Source: the human T2T-CHM13v2.0 reference genome, Homo sapiens. From it: a DNA stretch of 64,000 nt. Both the position numbers and the translations under genes were made by a program. The stretch is taken from the NCBI RefSeq assembly GCF_009914755.1, contig NC_060947.1. One strand, given 5' to 3'. The notes beneath the pieces were generated by a model that made no database searches, was not told the DNA's origin, and saw only the letters and a list, made by a program, of their open reading frames with translations. Shown here piece by piece: positions 1 through 12,588 of this stretch; positions within the stretch are counted from its first letter, which is position 1, and the number at the start of each line of letters is the position of its first letter.

Positions 1-705
1 CACTCAACTTTTTACCTTTGTAAAACACTAACCCACAACTCTCCCTGTCATCACCCTGCTTTTCGTAAGATGAGCAAATGAGGCACACAGCTAGTTAGTG
101 GTAGATCTAGACTAGATATTGGATCATATGACTCCTCTAAGTCTAGGCATTTCACTGTCCTATGCTACAAGGTTGGGCAGTTCAGCCAGGCTTTGGAAGT
201 AGATCTGAAGGGCTATTCTTTGTTCTGCAATAATAGGTATATTATTATGAACAACCTTTGGAAATAACTTTTAGCCAACTTAGCCAAGGCTGGTAGAAAG
301 AACTGCCTTCATATTGGAAGTGTAATTTCTCCAGGGTAGGTGGTGGTCCCTGGGAGCCTGGACCTGTTTGGGCCATCCTTGTTTAGAAGGCCATTTGATA
401 TGATGAGATATTTACCCCTGCTTCCCTCCTGTCTCCCTTAAACAAAGGTGGTGAGACAATGCTATTTCCCACACTTCATGGGAATCTGGCCTTGTGATTT
501 CATAGAGATTTATGGTCTCTAGAATAAAGTTATTCATCTATTGAGAATTCAGCCACTGCTATGTATACGAGGTTGGGCATGTTATGGCTCCATGCCTCAT
601 TCATCCCCTTCTACTGTGTGTGTATATTTTAATGTTAGGGGAACAGCGGGGAGGTCACTGTGGCACGTTGGACTCTCTTTCCTACTACATCTCCTCTCCC
701 CCAAG

Positions 706-817
706 GTACCGGAGTCTGAAGCAATTCAACGTTGACATCTGCCAGACCTGCTTCTTGACAGGCAGGGCCAGCAAAGGCAATAAGCTGCACTACCCCATCA
801 TGGAGTATTACACACCG
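706..817 (+). CDS. DRP2: DRP2 coding exon (ZZ domain C-terminal half; homologous to dystrophin exon 69)
   Basis: ccaag|GTACC...ACACCG|gtatga; encodes (R)[37 protein letters not shown]; 112 nt, the size I recall for DMD exon 69. Confidence 0.96.
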
Positions 818-2099
818 GTATGAAGCCTCCAGGCTGGGTGGGAGGGTTAGGCAGCTCTCAGGTACTAGGCCTTGATCCACTTTGCCCAGCATTGGCTCAT
901 TGTTTTCTGCTCTCCCGTGGGGAGCATTCTCCAAGGAGCTCTGGTGATTCACTGGTTTGGGAAATTCAGGCCTCTCTATTCTTCCAGCAGAGCTTCTCCC
1001 TCACCAGGCCTGGCCACAGCTGGCCCAGGACACTCTCAGCCATTTAAAGGGCACTCACTGTTTTACTGCAGAGAAAAGTCTCAGGAAAAACAAAACAAAG
1101 CAAAACAAACAAACAAACAAACTAAAACAGAGAGAGCAAGGCAGTTCCAGGTGATTCGCCTTCCATTGCTCACTTGAGTTTTTCCTGGCTAGCTTCCTAT
1201 ATTGCTTCTGTACTGGGTCACTCAGTCTTTCCCTGATGCTTTGTCATTATTTCTACCCCTTCTAGTCAGTACCAAAGCTTATGTTCAAATTAATTATTCA
1301 TCCCTTGGAGGGAAAAAAGAAAGGTATGTCCTTTACCTGGACCCCCAAACTCCATTTGGTTTTCCCTGGTAACCATGTCCTCCATACTTGCCTTAGCCCA
1401 GTTCAGTCAGCATCCCTGAACTCCAGCCACAGAGTTGCTCCTGTGCTGTGTTTAAAACCCACAGCTCCATGCTTAGCTTCCAGCACTGACTCTGCTCCCT
1501 ACTCATCTTTATCCTTTTCTGTCCCCGCAGATGCTCCCAAAGCCCTGATCATATCCCCAGCTCCCACCACTGCTCTCTCTCCCCTATTCTGTCTATTTTT
1601 CTTTTTTTTTTTTTTTAGAATTTTTTTTTAATTTTACTTTCACCTTTTTTTTTTTTTTTTTTTTTGAGACAGAGTCTCACTCTTACCCAGGCTGGAGTGC
1701 AATGGTGCGATCTTGGCTCACTGCAACCTCTGCCTCTGAGGTTCGAGCGATTCTCCTGCCTCAGCCTCCCAAGTAGCTAGTGTCTCCTATTTTTCAACCT
1801 GTTTCCCCACAATCCATCTGTCCAAGCTTTCATCTCTTCAAATCCTGTTGGCACAGAAACGTGTGGCCTGGTGGGAACAGGGACCATGCCCTTTACTTTT
1901 CATTTATTATCATTTTAAAGAAAACATTAGAAAAGTCATACATGGAAAACTGGCTGGATCTGGTAGACTGATAATCCTCTACCACCTGCTCGTCCTCTAC
2001 ATCCTTAGAATTCATAGAAAAGCTATTTTAAAAATTAACAAACATATGCTCATTATAAAATATTGGAATCATATAAAAGCGTTTAAAGTATAAAAAAAA

Positions 2100-2225
2100 G
2101 GCTGGGTGCCATGGCTCACACCTGTAATCCCAACACTTTGAGAGGCCGAGGTACGAGGATTTCTTGAGCCCAGGAGTTCAAGACCGGCCTTGGTAACACA
2201 GTGAGACCCCTGTCTCTACAAAATT
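2100..2225 (+). mobile_element. FLAM-type Alu monomer
   Basis: ggctgggtgccatggctcacacctgtaatccc...gtctctaca with A-rich end. Confidence 0.85.
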
Positions 2226-2526
2226 AATTATTATTATTATTAGTTTTGCTTTTAGAGGAACTGAGACAATTAATTTTTTTTAAGTATAAAATGAAAGTCC
2301 TCCTGTCTCCTCACCCTGGCCCCCACCCCTCCAGTTCAACTTCCCAGAGGCAACCAGTGTTGAGTTTGGCATATATCCTCCCAGACCTTCTTCTAGGAGC
2401 AGGGTATGGTGGGCATGAGCAAGAGTGGATTACCCAGCAGGCTGTCTGCTCTAGCAGAGCAGCCACACCTGCCCAGTATATCTGGAAGCCATTAGGGTAA
2501 GTTCCTCTGCCCTGTCTCCTCCTCAG

Positions 2527-2663
2527 ACCACATCCAGTGAGAACATGAGGGACTTTGCCACAACCTTAAAGAACAAATTCCGCTCCAAGCATTATTTCAG
2601 CAAACACCCTCAGCGAGGTTATCTGCCTGTGCAATCAGTGCTGGAGGCTGACTACAGTGAGAC
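2527..2663 (+). CDS. DRP2: DRP2 coding exon (homologous to dystrophin exon 70)
   Basis: cctcag|ACC...GAGAC|gtgagt; [45 protein letters not shown](T); 137 nt; in phase with previous exon. Confidence 0.96.
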
Positions 2664-2960
2664 GTGAGTACTGGTGGCTGAGCAGGGGCTGTGGGCAGCC
2701 TCACTGAGCCCGATCGTATGCTGTGAAGGGGCTGAGTCCCGAGTGGGCTAGGAGAATGTTCCAAGGTAAATCCCACTAGTGATAGGGCCGTTCAGCTTGG
2801 GCCTGACCTGCACTCTGGCCTGAGAAGTAGACTGGAATCCAGTCTTTGTATTTTGTTCCCATCAGCTCTTGCCCATGTCCATAATGTAGGGAGCAGGAGA
2901 GGGAGGAGGAAACAGGCTGCCCAGTCTTTGGTCCTCCGAGTCTTTGCTGCTTTCTTCTAG

Positions 2961-3026
2961 GCCGGCTTCTTCCCCGATGTGGCCACACGCCGACACACAC
3001 TCCCGAATTGAGCATTTTGCCAGCAG
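2961..3026 (+). CDS. DRP2: DRP2 coding exon (homologous to dystrophin exon 72)
   Basis: ttctag|G...GCAG|gtac; PASSPMWPHADTHSRIEHFAS(R); 66 nt, phase 2-2. Confidence 0.95.
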
Positions 3027-3285
3027 GTACCACCAGGTTTGCGGGAGGTGGGTAGGAGCTGTTGTAGGAAGTCCGAGGGGAAAGGATCTTCAGTCGGGGC
3101 AAGGAGAATGGAGTCAGGGCCAGGGGATGTGCACAGTGGGGTGTGCAGCAGCCAGCAAGACCCAACACTTAGGAGTAGTTGGGGCAGCTCTCAAAGCCAA
3201 TGATCCTGCTGTGAGATTAAAGTCCTTGAGATGGAAGCAGGCCCCACATCCTGTTTTCTCTCCTGCCTCTGCTCTTTATTCCTAG

Positions 3286-3351
3286 GCTTGCTGAGATGGA
3301 AAGTCAAAATTGCTCCTTCTTTAATGACAGCTTGTCCCCAGATGACAGCAT
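3286..3351 (+). CDS. DRP2: DRP2 coding exon (homologous to dystrophin exon 73)
   Basis: cctag|G...AGCAT|gtgagt; LAEMESQNCSFFNDSLSPDDS(I); 66 nt. Confidence 0.95.
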
Positions 3352-4219
3352 GTGAGTTTCCACAGCTGCTTATTTGCCAGAAATAGTTCTCCTTGAGATC
3401 TTTGTGCCACTGTTTGGGAAGGGTATATCCTCCAGGGAATGGGGGTGTGTGGTGGTTAGGATCCTTAGCTCCCTAAGGAAGGAAGGCTGCTTTCTGGGCA
3501 CGGTGTTCAGTAAGAAAGGCAGTCTTCCCTCTATCAATCAACCTAGGAAATGAGTGATGTACTAGCTCTCTGCCATCTTTCCAAGTCCCTTCCTGTTGCA
3601 AGATCCCATCCTTCTATACACAACTTTGAGGAACGAAGAATATGCCCTCCCTCATCTGAAGTTGCAGAAAGGAGCCATTATCTTGTGCTCAAGATGCCAA
3701 AGCCCTATCTAGTGCTACACTAACCCTGGGAGACATCAGGGACTTGGCTGAACTATAGCCAAGGGAACTCCCTGGTATGACAGCCCAGAGAAGGGGCCTT
3801 GTGTCTCTAGGGAGGTCCCCACCCTGCTCAGAGGTCCTAGGAGCTTCTGGCTACATGGATCAATCTGCCCTGACTGGGACCCAGATCCCTCTAGAGGAAG
3901 AGGAAACAAAGGAGGGTAGAGTAGGGGAACAGCACAGAAAGGGAAATGATTTGCTCATTGTTTCCCGGGGAGGGGGGTGGGCTGTAAGTAGAACCCAGAT
4001 ACCTGCATCCTGAAAACACTCTCTCAATACCCCCAACCACAGCCTCTGCCTCCTTTGAACACTTTCATCCCTCTCAAGCCTCAGTATATGTCCTTTCCCT
4101 CTCGATGTGACTTAGAAGTGAATCCTCCAGCATGCATTTCCTGGGGCCTGAGCTGAGAGCTGAGTTGTTTCTCTGTTCAACAACTGGTCACCTACTCTGC
4201 TTTCCCCACATCCATGCAG

Positions 4220-4363
4220 AGACGAGGACCAGTACCTGCTGCGGCACTCCAGCCCCATCACAGACCGGGAGCCAGCCTTTGGACAGCAGGCTCCATGCAG
4301 TGTGGCCACAGAAAGCAAAGGGGAGCTACAGAAGATCCTGGCCCACTTGGAAGATGAGAACCG
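4220..4363 (+). CDS. DRP2: DRP2 coding exon (syntrophin-binding/first coiled-coil region; homologous to dystrophin exon 74)
   Basis: tgcag|A...AACCG|gtgggt; DEDQYLLRHSSPITDREPAFGQQAPCSVATESKGELQKILAHLEDEN(R); 144 nt. Confidence 0.94.
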
Positions 4364-4379
4364 GTGGGTGTGATGATAG

Positions 4380-4630
4380 CAGAAATCTGTGTGGGTTCTT
4401 GAGGCAGACAGATTGAATTTAAGTCCAGGCACTTCTACATCCTAGCTGTCTGACCTTGAGCAAGTTACTTATATTCTGTAATCCTCTATTTCCTTATCTG
4501 TAAAACGGGGATGATGATCATCAAACCTGCCTCCTAGGGTCACTTGTGAAGACCAAATGAGATCAGGCATATAATGTGTTTGGCTCAGTGCCTGGCTTAT
4601 AGTAAGGGTTCAATAAATGCTAGCTCTTAT
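4380..4630 (+). mobile_element. MIR SINE
   Basis: tgaccttgagcaagttactt...tttccttatctgtaaaacgggga core. Confidence 0.8.
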
Positions 4631-4654
4631 AATAATTATTTGAAAACTTTTAAA

Positions 4655-4959
4655 TTTTTTTTTTTTTTGAGACAGAGTCTCACTCTGTTGCCCAGGCTGG
4701 AGTGCAGTGTCGTGATCTCGGCTCACTGCAACCTCTGGCTCCTGAGTTCAAACGATTCTCATGCCTTAGCGTCCCGAGTAGCTGGGACTACAGGCATGCA
4801 CCACCATGCCTGGCTAATTTTTTTTTTTTTGGTATTTTTAGTAGAGACGGGGTTTCACCATGTTGGCCAGGCTGGTCTTGAACTCCTGACCTCAAGTGAT
4901 CTGCTCACCCCGGCTTCCCAAAGTGCTGGGATTACAGGCATGAGCCACTGTGCCTGGCC
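4655..4959 (-). mobile_element. AluS
   Basis: Full dimeric Alu consensus, antisense. Confidence 0.95.
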
Positions 4960-5282
4960 TGAATCCTTTTAATGTAACCCAAATTTTTCCAAGAACACAC
5001 AAGATGCAAGCAGAGAGAATGCATAGAGAAAACAGGAGAGGGTATGACATGTTCCTGCCCTCAGAGACCTTTCAATGTTGGAAGTGGAAAGAAATGTGTA
5101 TCACCTAGTAAAAGTATTCCAGAGGACAATGACACTACATAGAGCGTTGGAGGTCTGGAATAGGGATGGTGAAGAAGAATACAGGGAAGACATGACTTTC
5201 CATAAAGTAAAGGTGGCAGCAGGTACCTAAGGAGGGTCCAAGCCTCTTATGGGGCATGAAGTAGAATTCGTAGTACCCCTTA

Positions 5283-5820
5283 GAGCAGTGCTTTGCAAAC
5301 AGTAGTGCATAAGATAGTCACTTGGGAAGCTTGGTAAAATACAAATTCTAAGTCACAGGTCTGGGTGGGGCCTGAGTTTCTGCGTTTCTCACTAGCTCCC
5401 AGTGGATGCCCATACTGCTGTTCCACAGGCCACACTTGGAGTAGCAAGTCTTTAGAACAGTGCTACTCAGAGTTTGGAGAGCAGACCAGGGCCAGTTTGT
5501 GACCAGTTTGTGACCCGTCCAAGGCAAGATAAAAAAAAAAAAAAAAAAAAAAAAGAGAGAGTAAGCTTTTGGAAACTTTTACAGCAATTTGACATTGCTA
5601 TGATATTCAAGCACCAAATTAGTAGGCTCATCTCGTTGAATAGGGTAGAGACCAGTTTGAGTGTTGTTGAACTTGTGTGATGAATTACGTGGTGTGAGCT
5701 ATGTACTAGTCATGTGCATTGGGACCACATACTGGTCCACAACAGAGTGAAAAAAAAAAAAACCTGGATTTTTGCCATGAATCATTTGAGAAACACTGCC
5801 TTTGAGCAGCAGTCTGCAGG
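5283..5820. mobile_element. hAT-Charlie remnants (MER5A-like plus an adjacent Charlie element)
   Basis: cagtgcttt/cagtgctactc termini, gggtggggcctgag...tttctcactagctccc MER5 core, tttgagaaacactg end. Confidence 0.6.
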
Positions 5821-6412
5821 CCCTGGGAAACACTGGGCTGAGAGTGACTGTTCTGTTGCAAATAAAGAAAAAACGAACAAAGCCAAAAGTGATATCCCCA
5901 AAAGTAGGCCACCTGTTTGGAATTTGTTTTTTTGATGACCCAGCATGGGTGTTCAAAGTGGGCCAAAGAGGAGGATTGTGGAGAGAAGAGGCAAGACAGG
6001 TGGTCTCTTGTTTATGTTATGTTTTCCCTTGGAATCTAAACATCTAAAAATGGAGTAGGTGAGTCAGTGGCCCTAATGCCTCCTTTATTTGCAGACTGTG
6101 TTTCTGCCTGATTTTAAGGTCAGAATTAATCCCTAAAGCAGCACATCAAAGCCCTGAGACATTTCTTACGCAAAATGTCAACTTTCTCTGCTCTGAGGTC
6201 TCAGGATGGCAGAGTAAATGACATATGTGCTGGAGAGGAAGTGGATGTGGCCATTCAAGCAAGAGCACAGCTGGGGGTGGGGATGGGGGTGGGGGTGAGG
6301 TAGGGTGGAAGAGCACAGGGATTGTTCACACCTAGGCCTGAGGGGACATCTGAAACCTGGACAGTCAGAGCCCTGTTAGAGCCATAGGTCTTGGTGTCTC
6401 TCTCCATGGCAG

Positions 6413-6650
6413 GATTCTCCAGGGAGAGCTGAGGCGCCTGAAGTGGCAGCATGAGGAGGCAGCTGAGGCACCCAGTCTGGCTGACGGCTCCACTGAGGCA
6501 GCAACAGACCACCGCAATGAGGAGCTTCTGGCCGAGGCCCGTATCCTTCGGCAACATAAGAGCCGCCTGGAGACGCGCATGCAGATCCTCGAAGATCACA
6601 ACAAGCAGCTAGAGTCCCAGCTGCAGCGTCTGAGGGAGCTTCTCCTGCAG
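6413..6650 (+). CDS. DRP2: DRP2 coding exon (C-terminal coiled coils; homologous to dystrophin exon 75)
   Basis: ggcag|G...CTGCAG|gtgagg; ILQGELRRLKWQHEE...ELLAEARILRQHKSRLETRMQILEDHNKQLESQLQRLRELLLQ, hallmark dystrophin-family motif. Confidence 0.97.
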
Positions 6651-7124
6651 GTGAGGATGGAGACAGGAAAAGAGCCAGGGTGGCCTCTGAGCCCAGGGGA
6701 AGGGCTGGGGAGCTGAGGGCTGTGGCAAAGAAGACACAAGAGAGAGCTCCTTGGCAGTGGCTGTCAGGTAACTTCCTGAAGAGAACTGGGCCTGCGGTTG
6801 GTGGGGGGGCGGGGGAAAGAAGAGACTGGTATGGTCACATCTTCAGCCAACTCTCTTCCACCTACCTTCCATGCCACCCTGTGTGTCACTCTCCAGCCAC
6901 TGTGGGGCCTGGGGCAGAGAGAAGACTTCTGAGGGCTTATTTCTTCACAACCCATTGGAATCCCATACTAAAAGAACAAACTTCAAAAATCATCTAAAAC
7001 ATTGATTTTGCTAGTATGGTATTTGCTAGAAAGAAGTGGGTTGGGACAAGTTTGGCAAGAGAAAGATTAGTGCTATCTAAGGGTGTTTCTTGTTACTTTT
7101 TGCACCTTTCATCTCTGAGAGGCA

Positions 7125-7375
7125 ATGTGTATGCTGTGGTAAAGCTCTGGAGTCAGGCAGCTCTGGGTTTGCATGTGGCTCTGCCAATTGACTGTGGGGT
7201 GTTTGGACAGTTAGTTAACCTCTCTAAGCCCCAGTTTCCTCATCTGTACAACAGAGATGGTAACAGTACCAACTTCATAGAATTGTGGTGAACATAAAAG
7301 GAGATAATGCATTTATGGAATTTAGCATGATGCCAGGAATTTAGTACACACTTCATAAATGTTACCTATTATTGT
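7125..7375 (+). mobile_element. MIR SINE
   Basis: agttaacctctctaagccccagtttcctcatctgta core. Confidence 0.8.
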
Positions 7376-7587
7376 CATTATATGTAATGGAAAATACCAC
7401 TCTTCTGCCTCTTCCCCAGATCCTCCAAGGAATGGCCTCTATGGATTCCTGGAGGTTTCTAACATATGCTATGTCATGAACCAAGGATCAGGTGTGAAAC
7501 TCTACATTTCCAGAGAGAATTGTGTTCTAAATAGCTTAATTATAGCTGAAATGACAGCAAGAGACCTTTAGGTACAATGCCATTCTT

Positions 7588-7901
<314 letters not shown>

Positions 7902-8152
7902 TACAATGCCATTCTTATAAGAACTGGGAGCCTTTGACACATGTTGTTAAAGGAAGAAGGTAATGGGTAATTCAATATTCTAAGAAGTTTCCTAAAAGTG
8001 GAAGCCACTGTTTTAGGTAATACCAAAAGCTTCTTAAAGTCTAAGGGTAAAGGGATGGTATGAAGTCTCTCAGGTCCCTTCTAAGCTCAGGAGTCTGTCA
8101 AAGTAAGGTCAGGAAGGCAAATCCACTTAAGTCATGCCTTACCTCTTGCTAG

Positions 8153-8273
8153 CCACCCACCGAATCAGATGGCAGTGGCTCTGCAGGCTCGTCCCTAGCT
8201 TCCTCTCCACAGCAGTCAGAAGGCAGTCACCCCCGGGAGAAGGGACAGACTACTCCAGATACCGAGGCTGCAG
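8153..8273 (+). CDS. DRP2: DRP2 penultimate coding exon (Ser-rich)
   Basis: gctag|CCA...GCAG|gtgagt; PPTESDGSGSAGSSLASSPQQSEGSHPREKGQTTPDTEAA; 121 nt, phase 0-1. Confidence 0.93.
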
Positions 8274-8600
8274 GTGAGTTCCCCTGGCCTTTCCCAGCCC
8301 CTTTCTCCATGGCTTTGTCCTGCCCTCGATTTCCTGCCCAAGGCTTTGCGGGGCTGGGACTGGTTTCTCCTCTTGGCTTTGTGCTTAGGGTCAGGGATGA
8401 TTGGTTTACTGATTGATTAATTCATATGCTTATTCCACAAATAAATGTACATTGAGCACAACCTATGTATTAGGCATTGTGCTGGGAAGATGCAAATGCT
8501 GCGGGCAGGTCTGCCCTTCAGCTGGCAGAATTCTATCTGACCCCTTGGCCTCATAAAGGAGTCTCTAGTTCTCTTCTCAAATCTCTGTTTTTTAACCCAG

Positions 8601-8725
8601 ATGATGTGGGGTCAAAGAGCCAGGATGTCAGCCTGTGCTTGGAGGACATCATGGAGAAACTCCGTCATGCCTTCCCCAGTGTGCGAAGTTCTGATGTGAC
8701 TGCCAACACCCTGCTGGCCTCTTGA
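8601..8725 (+). CDS. DRP2: DRP2 terminal coding exon
   Basis: cccag|AT; (D)DVGSKSQDVSLCLEDIMEKLRHAFPSVRSSDVTANTLLAS then TGA at 8723-8725. Confidence 0.95.
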
Positions 8726-10749
8726 TGGAGCCAGATCCCCATCCTATAGTTCATAGTCCTCTCCTGGTTCCGGTCAAAGCCTTTCCTCAGCCTTCACCCA
8801 ACCTTTCCAGTTTCCACTGGCCCCACATTCCTCAACTAGTATTATTTGGGCTCTGGGCAGCAGCAGGGATCTGGTGGTATGTGAGGTGCATGCGGGCAGT
8901 GATGGGGGAAGGGGAGGCATGATTCTTCTGACCCTAGAAATGTTCCCTTTAATCTTCAAGTTCGAGATCAGCCCTTTAAGTACCTTTCTGTTGCAGCCCA
9001 GGCAAATATCACTTGGCCATTCAGATGGGGAGCAGAGAAGCTGCCTTGCAGAGCTAAGCGGTACATGTTGGCCCCTCTTCCTTCTCCGTGGAATTATGGA
9101 AAGAGAGAAGCCTAATTACCCCAAGGTTCCATCCAGCATTATGAATCCACAGGGTTTACCCCTACTCTCTGGCGCAACTCAGGGAGGCAAAAGGGTATCC
9201 CCGAGACACCTTCCCCACCCCAAGTGCCCCTGAAAAAGTCTGGGCAGTGTGTGTTCTATTACTTCAGCTCCAGGACAGATTGCTAGCCATCCTAATGCTA
9301 CCTAGGTATTGGTTTCTCCTCAAATATCTTCATTTTCTTTAGCCTCAGTCCCTGACAGACCTTCCTTAAGGGGAGAACAGTTCATTCTGGTTCTTCTACG
9401 TTATATTTGGAAGCATTAAATCCATACTTATGGGTTTAGATTTTTTTTTTTTGCCCCACATCTTCCTATTTCTTAAAGTCCTCAGCATTTTGAGAGACCC
9501 ACTGAGTTGCGAGTTGCTCTGGAAACCTGGCTGAAGCCACCCTTTGCTCCTCTGAGTCTGTCCTCACAGACCTGAGGACACAGTGGCAGCTTGCTGAGCA
9601 AGGGAGTGTTGCTTTCCTTGGGTGAGGAAGAGGAAGCCCACCTCAAGTCTGGAGTAGTATGACTGCCATCCAACACCCTTCCAGGCTGTGACCCTTCTAG
9701 CTCTCAGGCTGAATCAGGTGAGGTGGCTGATTGTCCCCAGCTAATCATAAGGCATTTGCAACTGGCTACCGTGTGTAGTGGCCCCTCCATAGGAGCCACA
9801 GGCCACAAATCAGGAAGCTGGCCACTTTCCACCCAGACAACAACAGCAAGGCCTTCCTGTGCCTAAAATTGTTATTTCTAACTCTGGAAGGTGAATCCAA
9901 TCCTCAAACTGAACTAGCTCTTCCTAGGCGACATATACCATGATCTCTTTATCCAGAAACTGTTCAGAATAGATAGTAGGGGTGGGGGAGTGGGCTTGGG
10001 AATGTTGAATAGATTCAGAGCCCACTTAGGCAGCTTTCTCCCAAGAGGAGCTTTATAACCTAGAGCCCTGCAGTTGACTTCATTTGCCTAAGTTTATATA
10101 CATACATATCTATTCTACATATCTACTGTACATCAGTGCTCTCCTGGCCTCACTCACACATTAAATTCTAATATCTCTTGAAGTATTAATGTTCTGCCTT
10201 GCTCTTTGTTAGCCCCAGCCTCTGGTTGGAAAGATAGATGTATCCTGGCTGCTCCCCTAGGATATCTCTCTCCATTGATGTTTGGGGTGGGCTGTCCTCA
10301 AGACCAAAGCAACAGAAACCTGTGGTCACAGAGAATCTAACAGGAAGAGTCACTGTTCTCTTCACTCATTCCAAATCTTGTTCCCTTGAGACCTGGGCCT
10401 TGGGTGAATTTTCCTGGGCTCCCCTAAATGGTTCAGGTGCCAAAATAGAGCAAACCCAAGCTCTGCCCACCCCATGCAGAAAAGGACAAACAGGCCTTTA
10501 TTAGCCTTTGCCAGCTAAGACACAGAGAACATCCTCTGGTCCCTTCCAGCTCTTATGGTCTCACTCAGGGCTAAAGAAAGCAACAGTTGCCACCACAATC
10601 AGGAGGGAGTGACGGTTGGGGTGTTGTATTATAATCCAGCAGTGGGCCAGTGGGTAGAACTGCTAGGAACCTAGTTTGATCTGCTGCAGGGGAGGCAGGG
10701 CAGTGGCTTGGGTCCAGAAGCTTAGGGTTGCCTCCTCCACCACTAAGTC

Positions 10750-11560
10750 ACAGGTCCAGGGTGTCAGACTTCACAGCATAACATCTGCCTTAGTGTTCAT
10801 GAGGTCTCTGGGCAGGAGAACTGGGTATCTGGATAGATGGTTGAGCAGGTGGTAGGCGGGCATCAATCATAGAACCTGGGCATCAGTCAGAGTGGGAGCA
10901 TATTTGTAGAAGCCTAGATTGTGGGCGGGAATGTGGGACGGAGGGCTCAAGGACTTGGAGGCATATGCCTGCCTAAGCCTTAGGCGGGTACATGTTATGG
11001 AGCAATTTTTTACCAGGAAAGTCCTGGAAAATCTTTTCTGTTATCCCCACCCCACCTGAGAGCTCTTGGGCTGCTGAGGGCCTGTGGCAACTGCAGTGGG
11101 CCAGGCATGGTAGAAAAGATGTAGATCTTGTTATGTAGGATTTGCGTTGTAGGTGGACTGAAGCAGCAGGTCAAGAGTTGAATTCTCACTAAGGGGTCAC
11201 TGACATTTTGTGGTCCTGTGTTTACCTTAATGCCTAAGGTGAGTGTATTGTTCAAGGGTCCAGGGACAGTCACTGCAGTACGTGTGGGGAATTTTCCCAC
11301 AGTAAGGTAAATGGATCCTTGGGTACTATGAATCCAACTTGGGGTTGGATTTACCAAAATGTGTTGTATGTTGTTAGACATCTTGTTGTGTATTAGTCTT
11401 CTAAGGATATTGTGCATGGCACTGTGTAGTTTATAGCCCTACACTGGAAGGATGGTGAAGGGAGTTGCTAGATTGATAGCCTAAAGAAAACCTTCTGACT
11501 GTGGGATTAGCATCAATGATAAGGAATGTGAGCATTTGCTGGGGTTGTTGTCAAATAGTA
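10750..11560 (-). mobile_element. Highly decayed non-LTR retrotransposon reverse-transcriptase fragment (RTE/RTE-X/R4-like?), antisense in the DRP2 3'UTR
   Basis: Minus strand, with frameshifts: SLMLIPQ...QCRAI-LHSAMHNILRRLIHNKMSNNIQHILVNP-QVGFI...DPFTL...LVRIQLL, matching the order of LINE RT motifs LIPK, YRPISL..KIL.R, Q.GF, DHIFTL. Confidence 0.55.
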
Positions 11561-12582
11561 TCACAGAACAGTTAGGACTGAGAGGTGATTTCTTCTTGAC
11601 AGAATTTGATAGAGGCCAAAAAGCCATTACGAGGATACCTCTGCTTCCAGTGACAGCAGAGTGGATTCACATTGATTGGGCATTGTCACGGAAGGCTGAC
11701 TAGCTGGAGGACATCAGGCTGTGCTATGCTTCCCTAGGGAGGACATGTGCCCTTCCCTCCAGATTAGAAAGGCTAGAATCAAGAGTTTCAAGTGCTCATT
11801 TTCTTCAAGGTCCAAGGTTGGGAACTATTTCCCTACAGAGAAATCTGTTTGAGTTTCTGGTGCTCCAGGAAATGGGTTGGCAGGACACAGAAATGAGAAA
11901 CCCTGAGGCCAGGAAGAGGCCAATCCTAGGAGATGTTTTCCCTCCAGATTCATTTTAAGGAATATCTGTGCTTCCTGATGTGTGTGCTTGAGATTTGGGC
12001 TCTATATCCAGCATTTGAACTCACATTCTCAGTGGCAGAGTCATGGTCTGTGGCACCATTTCAAGGCCAAAAATCCCATCCAATTTCCCTTCACATAGAT
12101 GACAGAAAAGCAAGAAAGTAGCTGCCTTAACTCGAACAGTTCTGGGAAAAAAACTGGGGGCCTTGTCCTGAGGCTGTGGAGACTTAATTCTTCAGCTGGG
12201 TGGTTCCCGTAGGAACAAGGAACACTTTAGCTACTTCTTACTCTTTTAACACCAATGGCTGTGGGAGAAGGAAAGGCTCAAGGCCAGGGCTCAGCTCGCA
12301 GAGTCCATCTTCTCCCACAGTTGCCACATTTGAGAGGGGGCCTGCTGAATGCCCTTGCTGTCCCCTATGGCAGTATTGAGGCCTGACCGAAGTCTGGTAT
12401 GCTGCTTGCTGGCTACAAGAACTGGTCACAGGATGAAAATTGGGGAAAGGATTTGGGGGAGGTGACAAGGGTGGCATGGAAGTCTAGGGGACAAAGGGAC
12501 AGGGTTGGGAACAAATTGGTTAACTTTGATTGCCACTCACTGTGGTGCTTTCCCCCTTTCCCTTGAATTCTGCTTTGAAAAG

Positions 12583-12588
12583 AATAAA
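12583..12588 (+). terminator. DRP2: DRP2 polyadenylation signal AATAAA
   Basis: agAATAAAtttgtacttgtttactttggtt. Confidence 0.75.

Noticed and set aside
11010-11417. 135-aa antisense ORF as a functional protein
   Set aside because: The RT-like motifs are spread over several frames, so the ORF is only partly in the ancestral frame; treated as a fossil.
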